A stretch of DNA of 63,591 nt, the filler included. It is 7 parts of 7 records of this genome, joined end to end, with 100 filler letters (N's around TTAATTAATTAA, not from the genome) between each part and the next. Parts side by side here need not be neighbours in the genome. Positions count along the whole stretch, not along the records: positions 18,054 to 37,226 come from SRR31156797_25058; 6 more parts are not named here. The stretch is one strand, 5' to 3'. Position numbers and translations under genes: made by a program. Positions 20,231 to 31,132 of this stretch are shown here, one piece after another (positions within the stretch are counted from its first letter, which is position 1; each line of letters begins with the position of its first letter). The notes under the pieces are model-generated. The model was not told where the DNA came from. It saw only the letters and a list, made by a program, of their open reading frames with translations, and made no database searches.

Positions 20231-21412
20231 TTATAAAATATAGCAACTTTGCTTCAGCAAATTAACCATATCATATGCAAAAGCTTTTATTTCATAGATA
20301 TCCTTTTCTTTTTCCGGTATTCTTCTAAATGCTTCTATTTTAGCTGAAGGTGGATTCCACATCGCCACCATCTCAGCTGCTTCCAGAATGTTTACAACAT
20401 ATTCAACAGCTTCTAAAATTTCATCTGTAGTTTTTTCCTTTGACATAAACAGCGTTGTCGGTTCTACCCTCAGTACATCTTCCACCATTTTTATGGCTCT
20501 GTCAGCATGTCCCTCTTTATTTGCATTTACAGGTATTCGACCGCCATTTTTATTTCTAAAAAATCCGAACATTGCTGCAATAACAGCAGGATCTCTTATT
20601 GTTCCGTCAGGATATACAAGTCCGTGAATATCTCCCCAGAATCCTTCTGAAACTAAGTTAAAGAGATACCAGCCAACCTGATGTTTTTGAGCAAGTTCAA
20701 GCTCTATCTCATATGGATTCGCTCTTCCAACACATCCTGTCTCCGTATTTAGGATTGCTTTATCCCATTTTTTAGCTAACTCTTTAGCATCAAGGATTGC
20801 TCCTTCTATTGTTTTTCTGGTAGACAGATAGTCATGATAACATATTACATCTACTAAATCTACACTTGATATACAGTGTTTGACCTGCTCATGACCAACT
20901 GTCATACAGTTTTCAGAGTCTAAATCTCTCACTATATAACATAGCCTTCTTATATATTTTGTCAGCTTATCAAAGCTCTCATCATACTCCTCTTCAGGAC
21001 TATGATTCATATAATCATTACACATTGGCTCATTGATTACATCCCACATCAACAGATTAGGTTCATTTCTAAATCTGTCAATTACTGCTTCTGCATATTC
21101 ACGTGCTTTTACATATTCCTCTTCGCTTGGTTCTACAAAATCAGTAATAAAATTACCGTTCCAAAGAATGGGCATAACCGTTATATCATGATCATTACAC
21201 ATATGAATAAATTTTTCTATTACACCTAAATATACTTCAGAACTCTCTTCATATTTATCCTGTTCCATCCAAAACCTGATTGAATTAATATTCAATTTAT
21301 TACAATATCCTAATTCTCTCTCTAGTTTCTCAGTTAACTCTTCATCAGTTAAGCCAAGAGTTGGGCCATGACACACACCTCGTACAAAGCTGTAGTCTTT
21401 TAGTGGTTTCAT
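20231..21412 (-). CDS. Clan GH-A glycoside hydrolase (GH5-like, divergent), cytoplasmic
   Basis: Acid/base 'WDVINEP', 'DVICYHDY', nucleophile 'ILNTETG'; no signal peptide. Confidence 0.7.
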   Translation of the reverse strand: MKPLKDYSFVRGVCHGPTLGLTDEELTEKLERELGYCNKLNINSIRFWMEQDKYEESSEVYLGVIEKFIHMCNDHDITVMPILWNGNFITDFVEPSEEEYVKAREYAEAVIDRFRNEPNLLMWDVINEPMCNDYMNHSPEEEYDESFDKLTKYIRRLCYIVRDLDSENCMTVGHEQVKHCISSVDLVDVICYHDYLSTRKTIEGAILDAKELAKKWDKAILNTETGCVGRANPYEIELELAQKHQVGWYLFNLVSEGFWGDIHGLVYPDGTIRDPAVIAAMFGFFRNKNGGRIPVNANKEGHADRAIKMVEDVLRVEPTTLFMSKEKTTDEILEAVEYVVNILEAAEMVAMWNPPSAKIEAFRRIPEKEKDIYEIKAFAYDMVNLLKQSCYIL

Positions 21413-21439
21413 ATATCCTTAGCTCCCTTCTTCTTATTT

Positions 21440-22414
21440 CTAGCCAATACTCCTATTAAAAGGCACATAGTTAAGTATTTTCTCTATTTCCGCCATTGCA
21501 TCAGCAGGAATTTTCAGCCCGCTGGCTGCAATGTTACTCTCAAGTTGCAAAACTTTCGATGCTCCTGTAATAAGACTACTTATTTCAGGTTTTCTCAAAG
21601 TCCATGCCAATGTCAGCACAGATAATGCAACTCCCAAATCATCTGCAACTTTTATAAGTTTTTCAACTTTATCCATATTTGCATCAGTCATCAAATCATT
21701 TACCTGTTTATCTGCCTGATGTGTAGCTCGTGATCCTTTAGGGAACGGCTGCCCTTTTCTGTATTTACCTGTTAGCAGTCCTTGAGACAGCGGTGAAAAA
21801 GGAACTATTCCTATTCCGTTTTTACTGCATATATCTACCATTTCATCCTCTATATATCTGTCAAACATATTATATTGAGGTTGTATTACAGACAGTGGTC
21901 TCAAATTCATATCTTTTATTACACCAAGTGCCTGTGTCAGTTGCACAGGACTCCACTCACTTACTCCGTAATAAAGTAGCTTTCCCTGTGCTACTAAATC
22001 ACTCAGTACCTGAAATGTTTCTTCCATCGGAGTATCAGGATCAAATCTGTGACAAAAATACATATCAAGATAATCAACCTGCAGGTTTTTAAGAGATTTG
22101 TCAATCTGCTCAATTATATGTTTTTTTGAAAGTCCTCTTTCATTTACACTGTCACCCATTGGAAAGAACACTTTACTTGACACAACATACGAACTTCTTC
22201 TGAAATCCTTCAAAACATTTCCTAAAAACTTCTCAGCTTCTCCTCCGCTATATGCATCAGCACAGTCAAAGAAATTTATTCCTTTATCATAGGCACTAAC
22301 TAAAGTTTGTTTAGCTGTATCTATTGCTGTAGAATCTCCTACATTGGTCATCCAGCTTCCAAGTGCTATTTCACTTACTTTTAGACCCCATTTACCAAGT
22401 TTTCTATATTTCAT
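21440..22414 (-). CDS. Aldo/keto reductase (Kv-beta/Tas-like)
   Basis: 'YRKLGKWGLKVSEIALGSW', 'FFDCADAY', 'SSKVFFP', 'FSPLSQGLLTGKY'; start at ATG 22414. Confidence 0.9.
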   Translation of the reverse strand: MKYRKLGKWGLKVSEIALGSWMTNVGDSTAIDTAKQTLVSAYDKGINFFDCADAYSGGEAEKFLGNVLKDFRRSSYVVSSKVFFPMGDSVNERGLSKKHIIEQIDKSLKNLQVDYLDMYFCHRFDPDTPMEETFQVLSDLVAQGKLLYYGVSEWSPVQLTQALGVIKDMNLRPLSVIQPQYNMFDRYIEDEMVDICSKNGIGIVPFSPLSQGLLTGKYRKGQPFPKGSRATHQADKQVNDLMTDANMDKVEKLIKVADDLGVALSVLTLAWTLRKPEISSLITGASKVLQLESNIAASGLKIPADAMAEIEKILNYVPFNRSIG

Positions 22415-22457
22415 ATATTTGCTCTCCTTCTTCACTCTCGAGATGAGATCAGGTTTT

Positions 22458-23915
22458 TTATTCTCCTAAAAGCTGACTTCCCCAGATTGTTTGATTATTT
22501 TCTTTAGATACCGCACTAAAAGTCATTACTTCTTTTTCACTTGATGAATCCCATTGTTTTAATAAAATTCCGTCATAACTAACACCATCTATTGTTAATT
22601 TAATACCGTTTTCACCGTTACGTTCCCAAGTTCCTTTAATACTTTCTGAAATTTTACCGTCAGATTTTAAATTAATAAGTTCTGATTCTTTAATAAGTGA
22701 TGTACTGTCATTCCCGTGATTTACGAATGAGTAGTTTCCAACTATTTCATCATTTGTATATGCAGTAATAGTTTCTCCGCTATATCTATGTGGAGCTACT
22801 ACTGGCCAACCGTCAGTATTCATGAAAAATTGATGTACTCTAAGTTGGTGTGCTTCTCCTCTGCCAGGGAGTCTAGTGTGGAAAAATAGGAAATATTTTC
22901 CAAGTTCTTTGTCGTAATGAGCACTGTTATGACCTGCTGAAACATAACCACCTACAGTTTTTCCTTCATTATTAATAAACTCAAAGTTCCCTACTATTTT
23001 TTCTCCGTAATTTTTAATATAAGCTGTTCCTTGTTTATTTGCTTTATCTACATTATTTCCGCTTGGGTCATAAAAAGGTCCATTAGGATTTTTAGAACGT
23101 GCTACCCTCATATTATATCCACCGGTTGATGCAAGTGTTCCAAAAGAAACAAACAGATAGTAATAATCAGTCTCAGGACTATATAAAACAAACGGTCCTT
23201 CCATTGCAGCATGATTTCCACCGATAATTCTCTTACCGTATCTTTGATTTAGTTTAATAAAACCTGTAGCAGGATCAAGCTCTACAACAAATATTCCTCC
23301 AAAATAAGAACCGTAAACCATCCATAATTTCCCCTCTTTGTCAAAGTATGCATGAGGATCAATTGCATTTGGCCCTACACCTCTAAACTTAAACTCCTTA
23401 TCAGTTGTTCTTCCTGATTTTATAACTTCTCCTTTATGTTCATAAGGTCCTTCTACACTATCAGAAACAGCTAGTCCGATATATGATTTTCTACTTCCCC
23501 AAGTACTCATACTGTAATATAAGTAATATTTATCATTAACTTTAAGTGGACTTGGTGCCCATATACTTTCTCCTCTTGTCCAATCAATAGCTTCTTTAAA
23601 CTCTGTAAAAGGATCAGGAAACAGTTGGTTTCCTTTTCTAAATGATCTTGTCATTTGTTTCCATTGCATTAAATTTTCGGATTTAGCAGATGCTAAATGA
23701 GATCCAAAAACATAATAAGTTCCGTCATCTGCCTTTATTACTGACGGATCATGAACAGCCACTTCTCTAAATTTTGATACTTTTCTCTTCTTTTTAACTT
23801 TTTTAACTACTTTTGTTTCTACAGTAGTTTCAGCCTTAGTCTCTGTACTCGTATTTGAGCATCCGCCCATAATAATTAGTGATGATAATAATGAAATAAG
23901 TAATAATTTTTTCAT
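22458..23915 (-). CDS. Lipoprotein endo-1,5-alpha-L-arabinanase, GH43 + GH43_C (Abn2-like)
   Basis: Lipobox 'MGGC'; 'VHDPS', 'WAPS', 'NAIDP', 'YGSYFGG', 'MEGP', 'GHNS'. Confidence 0.88.
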   Translation of the reverse strand: MKKLLLISLLSSLIIMGGCSNTSTETKAETTVETKVVKKVKKKRKVSKFREVAVHDPSVIKADDGTYYVFGSHLASAKSENLMQWKQMTRSFRKGNQLFPDPFTEFKEAIDWTRGESIWAPSPLKVNDKYYLYYSMSTWGSRKSYIGLAVSDSVEGPYEHKGEVIKSGRTTDKEFKFRGVGPNAIDPHAYFDKEGKLWMVYGSYFGGIFVVELDPATGFIKLNQRYGKRIIGGNHAAMEGPFVLYSPETDYYYLFVSFGTLASTGGYNMRVARSKNPNGPFYDPSGNNVDKANKQGTAYIKNYGEKIVGNFEFINNEGKTVGGYVSAGHNSAHYDKELGKYFLFFHTRLPGRGEAHQLRVHQFFMNTDGWPVVAPHRYSGETITAYTNDEIVGNYSFVNHGNDSTSLIKESELINLKSDGKISESIKGTWERNGENGIKLTIDGVSYDGILLKQWDSSSEKEVMTFSAVSKENNQTIWGSQLLGE

Positions 23916-23963
23916 CTCTACTCCTTTTTAATTTTTAATTTTATACTTTTTACATAAAATATT

Positions 23964-26225
23964 TTAATCTATTATTTTTAATGCAATTAACGATAGTTTT
24001 CCGGTAGCGTTACTATCGTTTCCTTTAATTGTGATTACAGTTTTCTCTTTTTCTGCAAGCCATTCAGGTGCTAATTCCATTTTATATGTTTTTATACCGT
24101 TTTTCTTCTCAACACGCATACTTGCTCTGAATAGTACAATTTCATCCAACATAATTACAAAGTCAATCGGATCTTTTGTTAGCATTAATTCCTCTATTTC
24201 AAGCTGATATCTTTTTGCATTTTTAATTTTTAGTTCATACGAAAAGTATCCGTCTTTTTCAGCATATCTATATGCTTTCTTATGATTTTTACTGTAATCT
24301 CCTGATGATTTCTCATATTTATATCCATGATCAATCTCTGACTGCTGTTCATACATTGATACTGTATCTGAAATTTTGATTTCATATTTTGCTTTCTTCT
24401 CTTTAACTTTTATATCTTCAGCCTTGTCATATCTGTACCAGTAAAGTGAATATCTCTCATGAGCTATCTCATAAAATGGCAGTAATTTTATCTTTTTTTC
24501 AAAAGCTGATAATTTAAAAGCTAATGAGGAATCTGGTAGTTGGTGAACTTTTGCCAACACTTCATTTTCAGAAGCAACAATTGGTGCTACATCTACAGGG
24601 TCATAGTCTGAATAATCCATTTGACTCACGCAATTATCATCTTCCGGCATTCCTTCTCTTCCCAATGCACCGGCTAATACAACTGGCCCGTACATAAATG
24701 AGATTTTCTCAGAATCATCCTTTGCATTATAAAGCTTTAATTCTATATCAAATTTCACTTCTAAAACATCTGTTTCATAAAGCATATCTTCAAATACTGC
24801 ATAAGCATCTTGAATTTTTGGTGTAACAAATTCTCCATTTAATTTAAACTCAAAGCCGTCACTCCAGCTTGGTATTCTTATTTTAAGTTTATTAATTTTT
24901 TTACCGTTACTGATTTTAAAGCTGACTTTATTGGATAGCGGAATATTTGCCTGCTGAATAATTCTTACTGCTGAAGCATTATCTATATATTCTGAAGCAA
25001 TAAATTGATTAACGTATAGTGTGTTATCTTTTGTGGAGTAAATATTTTTATTATATCTTGCAGGATTTTCCATTCCCGTACCTGTACAACACCAGAATGA
25101 TTCCTCTTTTGAGCAGTAAATTTTGAAATGCCCCGGCTCAGTTGATACAAAGTATGTTTTACCACCTGTATCAGGATCTTGAGACGGAAGAATATGATTA
25201 AATAATGCTCTCTCATAAAAATCCATGTATTCTGCTTTTTGTTCCCAATTATATAAAATTTCAGTAAGTTTAAGCATGTTATAAGTATTACATGTTTCTG
25301 TTGTTGTAATTCCAAGTTCTTCTGAGTTAATCGGTCCGAAATGTTCTCCTTTACTGTTTCCGCCTATTACATAAGTTCTGTATTTTACTACCTGATTAAA
25401 GAAAAACTCTGCTGCTTTCCTATAATATTCATCTCCTGTTATATTATAAAGTCTTGCTGCTCCCAATATCTTTGGAATTTGAGAATTTCCATGTTTTCCT
25501 TCCAGTTCATCAATACTGTCAGCTAAAGGATCTAATATAAGGTTTTGGCAAAATCTTTTGGCTAGTTTCAGGTGTCTTTCATCGTTTGTCAGCATATAAA
25601 GCTCAGCAAGTGTATCATTCATTCCGCCAATTTCACAAATAATCATCTTTTGAAACTGTCCATCTGTCATATTTTTAGTACCTTCATATGCCCAGTCAGT
25701 TAATTTTAATAAAATATTTAATGCTGTTTCATTTTTAGTTATTCTATATGTATCAAGCAGTCCAGCAAAAACTTTGTGAATACTATACCAAGGAACCCAA
25801 TGCCCGGCTAATTCAAAGTTACTTACTTCAAACTCTCCTGTAAATGCAATATCAAAACATCTTCTGGGAAATCCGCTAACATAGTTCTTATTGTCATATG
25901 ATTGAATTATTTCTAACTCTTTTACAGCATAATCAAGATTTTTTAGAAGTTCTTTATCTTTTGTTGCACCGTACATATATGAAACTGCTGATAACCAATG
26001 TCCCAGAGAGTGCCCTGAAATCCCCATTGATTCCCAACCACCATATCTTTTCTTTTTAGGTTCTTTTCCTGCTGCTTCATAAAACGGTGCTATTAATCTA
26101 TCAATATCAAAATCTAATATATACTCTTTGCCTTTTTCCTGAGAAGTTTTGAAAACCCCGTTCAGCAAATTAATTCTTTCAAGTTCCACTCTGTCAGAGT
26201 AGAACAACTCTTTATTTTGATTCAT
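23964..26225 (-). CDS. Beta-L-arabinofuranosidase, GH127/GH146
   Basis: 'YGGWE...GHSLGHWLSA', 'ETCNTYNMLK', 'WCCTGTGMEN'. Confidence 0.88.
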   Translation of the reverse strand: MNQNKELFYSDRVELERINLLNGVFKTSQEKGKEYILDFDIDRLIAPFYEAAGKEPKKKRYGGWESMGISGHSLGHWLSAVSYMYGATKDKELLKNLDYAVKELEIIQSYDNKNYVSGFPRRCFDIAFTGEFEVSNFELAGHWVPWYSIHKVFAGLLDTYRITKNETALNILLKLTDWAYEGTKNMTDGQFQKMIICEIGGMNDTLAELYMLTNDERHLKLAKRFCQNLILDPLADSIDELEGKHGNSQIPKILGAARLYNITGDEYYRKAAEFFFNQVVKYRTYVIGGNSKGEHFGPINSEELGITTTETCNTYNMLKLTEILYNWEQKAEYMDFYERALFNHILPSQDPDTGGKTYFVSTEPGHFKIYCSKEESFWCCTGTGMENPARYNKNIYSTKDNTLYVNQFIASEYIDNASAVRIIQQANIPLSNKVSFKISNGKKINKLKIRIPSWSDGFEFKLNGEFVTPKIQDAYAVFEDMLYETDVLEVKFDIELKLYNAKDDSEKISFMYGPVVLAGALGREGMPEDDNCVSQMDYSDYDPVDVAPIVASENEVLAKVHQLPDSSLAFKLSAFEKKIKLLPFYEIAHERYSLYWYRYDKAEDIKVKEKKAKYEIKISDTVSMYEQQSEIDHGYKYEKSSGDYSKNHKKAYRYAEKDGYFSYELKIKNAKRYQLEIEELMLTKDPIDFVIMLDEIVLFRASMRVEKKNGIKTYKMELAPEWLAEKEKTVITIKGNDSNATGKLSLIALKIID

Positions 26226-26252
26226 TTTAATCACCTTTTATTTAAAATTATG

Positions 26253-26288
26253 GGCTGACTAAAAAGTAATTATATTTTTTAGTCAGCC
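26253..26288. terminator. Intergenic hairpin (terminator or mRNA-stabilising)
   Basis: GGCTGACTAAAAA...TTTTTAGTCAGCC. Confidence 0.5.
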
Positions 26289-26378
26289 ACATTATATTAC
26301 ACTTACTTTTTCTTTATGTATAAAAAAGTCTAAACTTGTGAGTTATTAAAAAGCTCAGCTTATCTTTTAATTCTTTTG

Positions 26379-28769
26379 TTAGCTGAAAGCTTTTTTTAAC
26401 TTAATTATTGCTAAAGAGTTTTTTTCTAAATTATATATAAAGTTTTCGCTGATTCCATCTAATGTTAAATAATCAGGTTTAATATTTTCAGGATTTTCAA
26501 GACTGTTTTCATCTGATTTTTCTCCTGATAATTTAATTATTTCTGCCTTATCAGAGACCTTACCAAGGTTTTCTATATCAACTTCCATAGAGTAATCAAA
26601 ATCAGATGTGTTTACTGCTTTAATGATAATCTCTTCATCATTAACTGATACTGTATGGTTTACCTGTTTGTAATCAATTTCATCATAAATATTATGAATC
26701 TCCTGACCATCTAAATAACAAGTTATAGTTTTACCTTCTATTTTCATAGACAGGTCATACCATCTGTCGTCCTCTAATTTTAAAGGATCCATTGAAGTTA
26801 TTTCATAACCAACAAACAGTGCACAATTTCTTTGGACAGCTGTGAATTGGTTATCCCATCCACCTACATTCCATGCATAATAATTCCCTTTATTTTCTAA
26901 TCCTCCGATTAACAAGAACCCTTCTTTTCCACCTGTTCTCTTAGCTTTAACAGATATAGTATATGAAGACCACTCTTTGTTCTCTACTACAGCAATATGC
27001 TTTTCATTCAGATCATCCTGCACTAATTTACCATCTTTTATGCTCCAGCTTCCTGTTACTTTATCCCAGATATCTTTCTCATCTGAAAAATCATCTGCAA
27101 ATAAAATTTCACCATCAAGTGAAGTAACTTTGAAATCTTTATATTCAACACTTGTGTTAATAGAACCTAATCCTGCTCCACCTTTGATCTCTGTAATAGC
27201 TTCTTCTTTTCTATTAATAATCTCCATTGAAGATTCAACTATTTTATCTCCAATATTATTAGCAAAAAGTTTTTGTACATAGTAACTCGGTGTTTTAACC
27301 AAAGTTTCATTATTAAACCAAATAAGATCAGGAGCCCATTGGAACTCATTATATTTTGCTAAAAGCGGGGCATATGCAGTCATTGCTATAACATCAGAAT
27401 TTTCTTCTAAACCTGTCATATATGCAGCTTCTGCAAGTGCTACATGTAAATTGTTCTTTCTTTTATGCTCATGTGCAGCATATTCTCCGGCAAATATCTT
27501 TGGTCCGTTTCTATCAAAATCATCATATCTATTAATATTTTGCATAAACCAATCAGGGGACATATAGTAGTGCTCGTCTATAATATCAGCTTTTCCTGAT
27601 TTTTTTATCCAATCCCACGCCTCTTTATACAAGACCCCATCTGCAAAAGGTCCTGATGCAAATATATATTTAATATCAGGATATTTTTCTTTTACAACAT
27701 CATAAAATTTTTCATACCTTGAGAAATATTCCGCTCCCCATTGTTCATTTCCAATTCCAAGGAATTTAAGGTTAAATGGTTCAGGTTGACCATTTTTAGC
27801 TCTTTCTGCTCCCCATTTAGTGTCTATTCCACCGTTACAGTATTCAATCAGATCAAGTGCATCTTGAATATAAACATCAATATCTTTCATTGAAGCATGT
27901 TCCCCTCTTCTTACCTGACAAGCCATCCCAACATTTAATATTGGCACCGCTTCCGCGCCTATATCTTTACAATATTGAAAATATTCATGATAACCTGTTC
28001 CAAATGATTGATGATAACCCCATAAGTTCTCTTTACCTTGTCTTTTTGTAAGATCTCCTATAGTTTCTTTCCAAAGATAAGCATTTTTCATTGATTTTCC
28101 TTCTACTATACAACCTCCAGGAAATCTAAAAAATGTAGGATTAACATCTGCTAAAGTTTCAGCTAAATCTTTTCTAAATCCATTTTCTCTTTTTTTGAAT
28201 GTATCAACAGGAAATACTGATATAAAATCAATATCTACTTTTCCTGGAGTTGGTAAAGTTATTCTAATAACTCCCTCTTTTGAATCTTCTTCTGCCATAG
28301 CTGTAAATGTGTATTTTGTCCATTCTTTGCTTAAACCAACTTCTTTTTTTATAGAAGCAACACCATTCTCAGTTTGAAGTACTACATACAGTTTTTCATC
28401 ATTATAATTTTTTGCATAAAATGATATTCTATACTCTTTACTTTTTTTTAAAACTATACCACCGAAACCACCGTTTGCAATACCGATGCTTCCTGTTTCA
28501 CATGTTATGCTCATATAGTTAGGGTTAATATCATTTAAAGGATTTTCCGAAACTACTTTGGCTTCTCCTAATCCTAACTTTATCTCATTCCACGCGTCCA
28601 TTGGTTTTTCAAATTGAAAAGAACCGTTTTTAATTAATTCTGCATAAAGTCCTCCATCTAAACTGTTATTGATATCTTCGAAAAACAGTCCGTATAGTGT
28701 CGGGCTTACTGTACACTTTTCTTTTCCTAAATTAACTTTGATTTTTACATCAGCATTGCTTTTTCGCAT
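26379..28769 (-). CDS. Alpha-L-arabinofuranosidase GH51 with inserted ConA/CBM66-like domain
   Basis: 'YGLFFEDIN', 'RFPGGC', 'GIGNEQW', 'DEHYY', 'GEYA', 'AYAPL'. Confidence 0.92.
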   Translation of the reverse strand: MRKSNADVKIKVNLGKEKCTVSPTLYGLFFEDINNSLDGGLYAELIKNGSFQFEKPMDAWNEIKLGLGEAKVVSENPLNDINPNYMSITCETGSIGIANGGFGGIVLKKSKEYRISFYAKNYNDEKLYVVLQTENGVASIKKEVGLSKEWTKYTFTAMAEEDSKEGVIRITLPTPGKVDIDFISVFPVDTFKKRENGFRKDLAETLADVNPTFFRFPGGCIVEGKSMKNAYLWKETIGDLTKRQGKENLWGYHQSFGTGYHEYFQYCKDIGAEAVPILNVGMACQVRRGEHASMKDIDVYIQDALDLIEYCNGGIDTKWGAERAKNGQPEPFNLKFLGIGNEQWGAEYFSRYEKFYDVVKEKYPDIKYIFASGPFADGVLYKEAWDWIKKSGKADIIDEHYYMSPDWFMQNINRYDDFDRNGPKIFAGEYAAHEHKRKNNLHVALAEAAYMTGLEENSDVIAMTAYAPLLAKYNEFQWAPDLIWFNNETLVKTPSYYVQKLFANNIGDKIVESSMEIINRKEEAITEIKGGAGLGSINTSVEYKDFKVTSLDGEILFADDFSDEKDIWDKVTGSWSIKDGKLVQDDLNEKHIAVVENKEWSSYTISVKAKRTGGKEGFLLIGGLENKGNYYAWNVGGWDNQFTAVQRNCALFVGYEITSMDPLKLEDDRWYDLSMKIEGKTITCYLDGQEIHNIYDEIDYKQVNHTVSVNDEEIIIKAVNTSDFDYSMEVDIENLGKVSDKAEIIKLSGEKSDENSLENPENIKPDYLTLDGISENFIYNLEKNSLAIIKLKKAFS

Positions 28770-28929
28770 TAAACTCTACTCCTTATATATTTTATATTCT
28801 TTAATATACCTCACTTTAAAAGACTATTTTTTGTAGGGGCTTACATTGATTTCATTCTCTAAACGAGATATCGATATCGCCCTATAGCTTTTTTTTATTT
28901 TATGAAGTTTGTTTTCTTGACATTACTTA

Positions 28930-30057
28930 TTATTCACCTGATGGTTTCTTTAATGCCTTATACCTTCCTTGAGGTACACCGAAATTAGGTGTTCCATCTT
29001 CATTCCATGTAAATTTCTGCATTAACAGCATTCTTTTACCACCAAGTCTGCTATTCATCATAGCATGATAGATTATCCAATCTTCTGTGCCGTCCGGTGA
29101 TTTAGTAAACCCATTATGTCCCGGTCCATAAATTCCGTTTTCAGGAGATTCCTGGAATACAGGTTTATCTGATTTTGTCCAGTTTTCTTTTATCATTGGA
29201 TTTTTATCATCATCAATTGTCAGCATTCCCAGTTTGTAATATTCAGATACACAGAAACTTGCTGAATAAATAACAAATGTTTTTCCATTTCTTTGAAGTG
29301 CAATAGGTCCTTCATTTACATCTTTAATATCTGCACCTTGTCTTTCCCATTCATATTCAGGCTTAGAAAGTTCCAATTTTTTACCTGTTAATTCAGTAGG
29401 GCTTGCCATCTCCTGAATATATATTCTCTGCATTCCGTCTCTTGGAATTCCAGACCATAGGAAATACATTTTCCCGTTCTGCTTAAAGATTGACGCATCA
29501 ATTGCCCATCTTTCTTTTCTTAAGATTTGCCCTTCATCCTTCCATTCGCCCTCTAAAGGATTTGCACTTGTATTGGAAATTATCCCTATTTTAAAACTGG
29601 AAAGACTGTAATATATATACCAAACACCGTCAAAATTATAAATCTCAGGTGCCCACACATCTGCACTATTCCATTTTCTTTCACCTTTAGGAGTTTTAAA
29701 AACTACTTTCTTTTCTCCTTTTGTGTATAAGTCACTTAAAGTTTTGTGTCTGTATAAAATTACATCCGGTGTATATCCGCCCTTCATAACTGTATGCATA
29801 CCATAGTAATAACCGTCAGTATGTTTCCACACATATGGGTCAGGACCTTGTGATCTTTTAATAATGGGATTAGTATACTCTTCCTCTCCCGGTACTGCTG
29901 CTTTCTTAGATAAATGTTTTTTTGTAGCTTTAGTTTCATTTTTTGCTGTTGTTTCAACTTTATCTATTTTATTATTTTCTGTAGTTTTAGTTGTACTTGA
30001 GCATCCGCCCATAAGAACTAACGATGATAATAATAAAATTATTAGACCTTTTTTCAT
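28930..30057 (-). CDS. Lipoprotein GH43 alpha-L-arabinofuranosidase
   Basis: Lipobox 'MGGC'; 'PDPY', 'WAPEI', 'WAID', 'VNEGP', 'YSAS', 'GPGHN'. Confidence 0.88.
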   Translation of the reverse strand: MKKGLIILLLSSLVLMGGCSSTTKTTENNKIDKVETTAKNETKATKKHLSKKAAVPGEEEYTNPIIKRSQGPDPYVWKHTDGYYYGMHTVMKGGYTPDVILYRHKTLSDLYTKGEKKVVFKTPKGERKWNSADVWAPEIYNFDGVWYIYYSLSSFKIGIISNTSANPLEGEWKDEGQILRKERWAIDASIFKQNGKMYFLWSGIPRDGMQRIYIQEMASPTELTGKKLELSKPEYEWERQGADIKDVNEGPIALQRNGKTFVIYSASFCVSEYYKLGMLTIDDDKNPMIKENWTKSDKPVFQESPENGIYGPGHNGFTKSPDGTEDWIIYHAMMNSRLGGKRMLLMQKFTWNEDGTPNFGVPQGRYKALKKPSGE

Positions 30058-30087
30058 ACTATATTCTCCTCTTAAATTAATATTTTA

Positions 30088-31026
30088 CTATTTATTCCAC
30101 TTCTCTTTTATTCTATTATATTCATCCATTGTAATAGATAATACCGTTCCGTGTTTAAATCTATATGGAAAACTGAAATTTTCCTCTGATCTAATAAAAT
30201 TCCCGCTGTCTATACTATCAGCTATGAATGGAACATAACCTTGACCTTCTCCACGAACTCCAAAGAAATCAAGCATTAAACACCATCTTCCATCTTTTAG
30301 CTTATAAGCTGTTGCACCTTCATATGTTTCAGGTTTTTCCTGTGCCATAATCTCTTTCTCGAAGGCTTCAACTTTTGTGTATTCTCCAGTAAGAGTTTTA
30401 CCTTTTTGCATAATATTTCCATGCGGATTTGCTTCACTTTTTAAGAATCTATAGTACATACCGTTTTCTTCATATATTGCAGAATCAATTATTCCACTAT
30501 CATCTTTTCTGCATAATATTTGCGGCATACTGAATTTATTAAAATCTTTTGTTCGTGTATAATAAATAGCTTTATTTCCATAGTTATTTGATGCATGAGA
30601 TACAGAAAAGTGAATCACATAATCATTATTTTGTTTATCATATATAATATCAGGAGCCCATATACATCCGTAATCTTCATCTCCTAATTTAATCATCTTT
30701 TGCTCTGACCAATTTACCAGATCATCAGATTCCCACATTACTAAATATTTACTTCCGTTTCTACCTATCTCAGCCCAACTTCCTTTATATTTAGTATTAA
30801 AGCAGTTTGCTAAGCTTAAATCAGTAGAGAAAATATAGAATTTCCTATTTTTAGTTCTATATATTGTATGATCTCTAACTCCTTTTTCTCCTTTTTCACT
30901 CCATAAAACAGGCTCTCCATTATTTACACATTCCCAGTTAAGCCCGTCTTGACTTAATGCAAAATATACTTGTTCTCCATCAGGTGTTTCCTTCTCTTTA
31001 AAATGTACAAATAAATAAGCTTCCAT
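30088..31026 (-). CDS. GH43 glycoside hydrolase (cytoplasmic)
   Basis: Start MEAYLF at 31026 with RBS; 'GVRD', 'WAPD', 'IIDS', 'YEG', 'FKHG'. Confidence 0.85.
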   Translation of the reverse strand: MEAYLFVHFKEKETPDGEQVYFALSQDGLNWECVNNGEPVLWSEKGEKGVRDHTIYRTKNRKFYIFSTDLSLANCFNTKYKGSWAEIGRNGSKYLVMWESDDLVNWSEQKMIKLGDEDYGCIWAPDIIYDKQNNDYVIHFSVSHASNNYGNKAIYYTRTKDFNKFSMPQILCRKDDSGIIDSAIYEENGMYYRFLKSEANPHGNIMQKGKTLTGEYTKVEAFEKEIMAQEKPETYEGATAYKLKDGRWCLMLDFFGVRGEGQGYVPFIADSIDSGNFIRSEENFSFPYRFKHGTVLSITMDEYNRIKEKWNK

Positions 31027-31132
31027 TATTATCTCCCTCTGTTTTTTCCTAAACTTTTTTCTATATCTAACAATTAACCCGATTTGCATAAGCAATTTAT
31101 ACAAATCGGGTATTAAAATTAAATCTAAGTTT

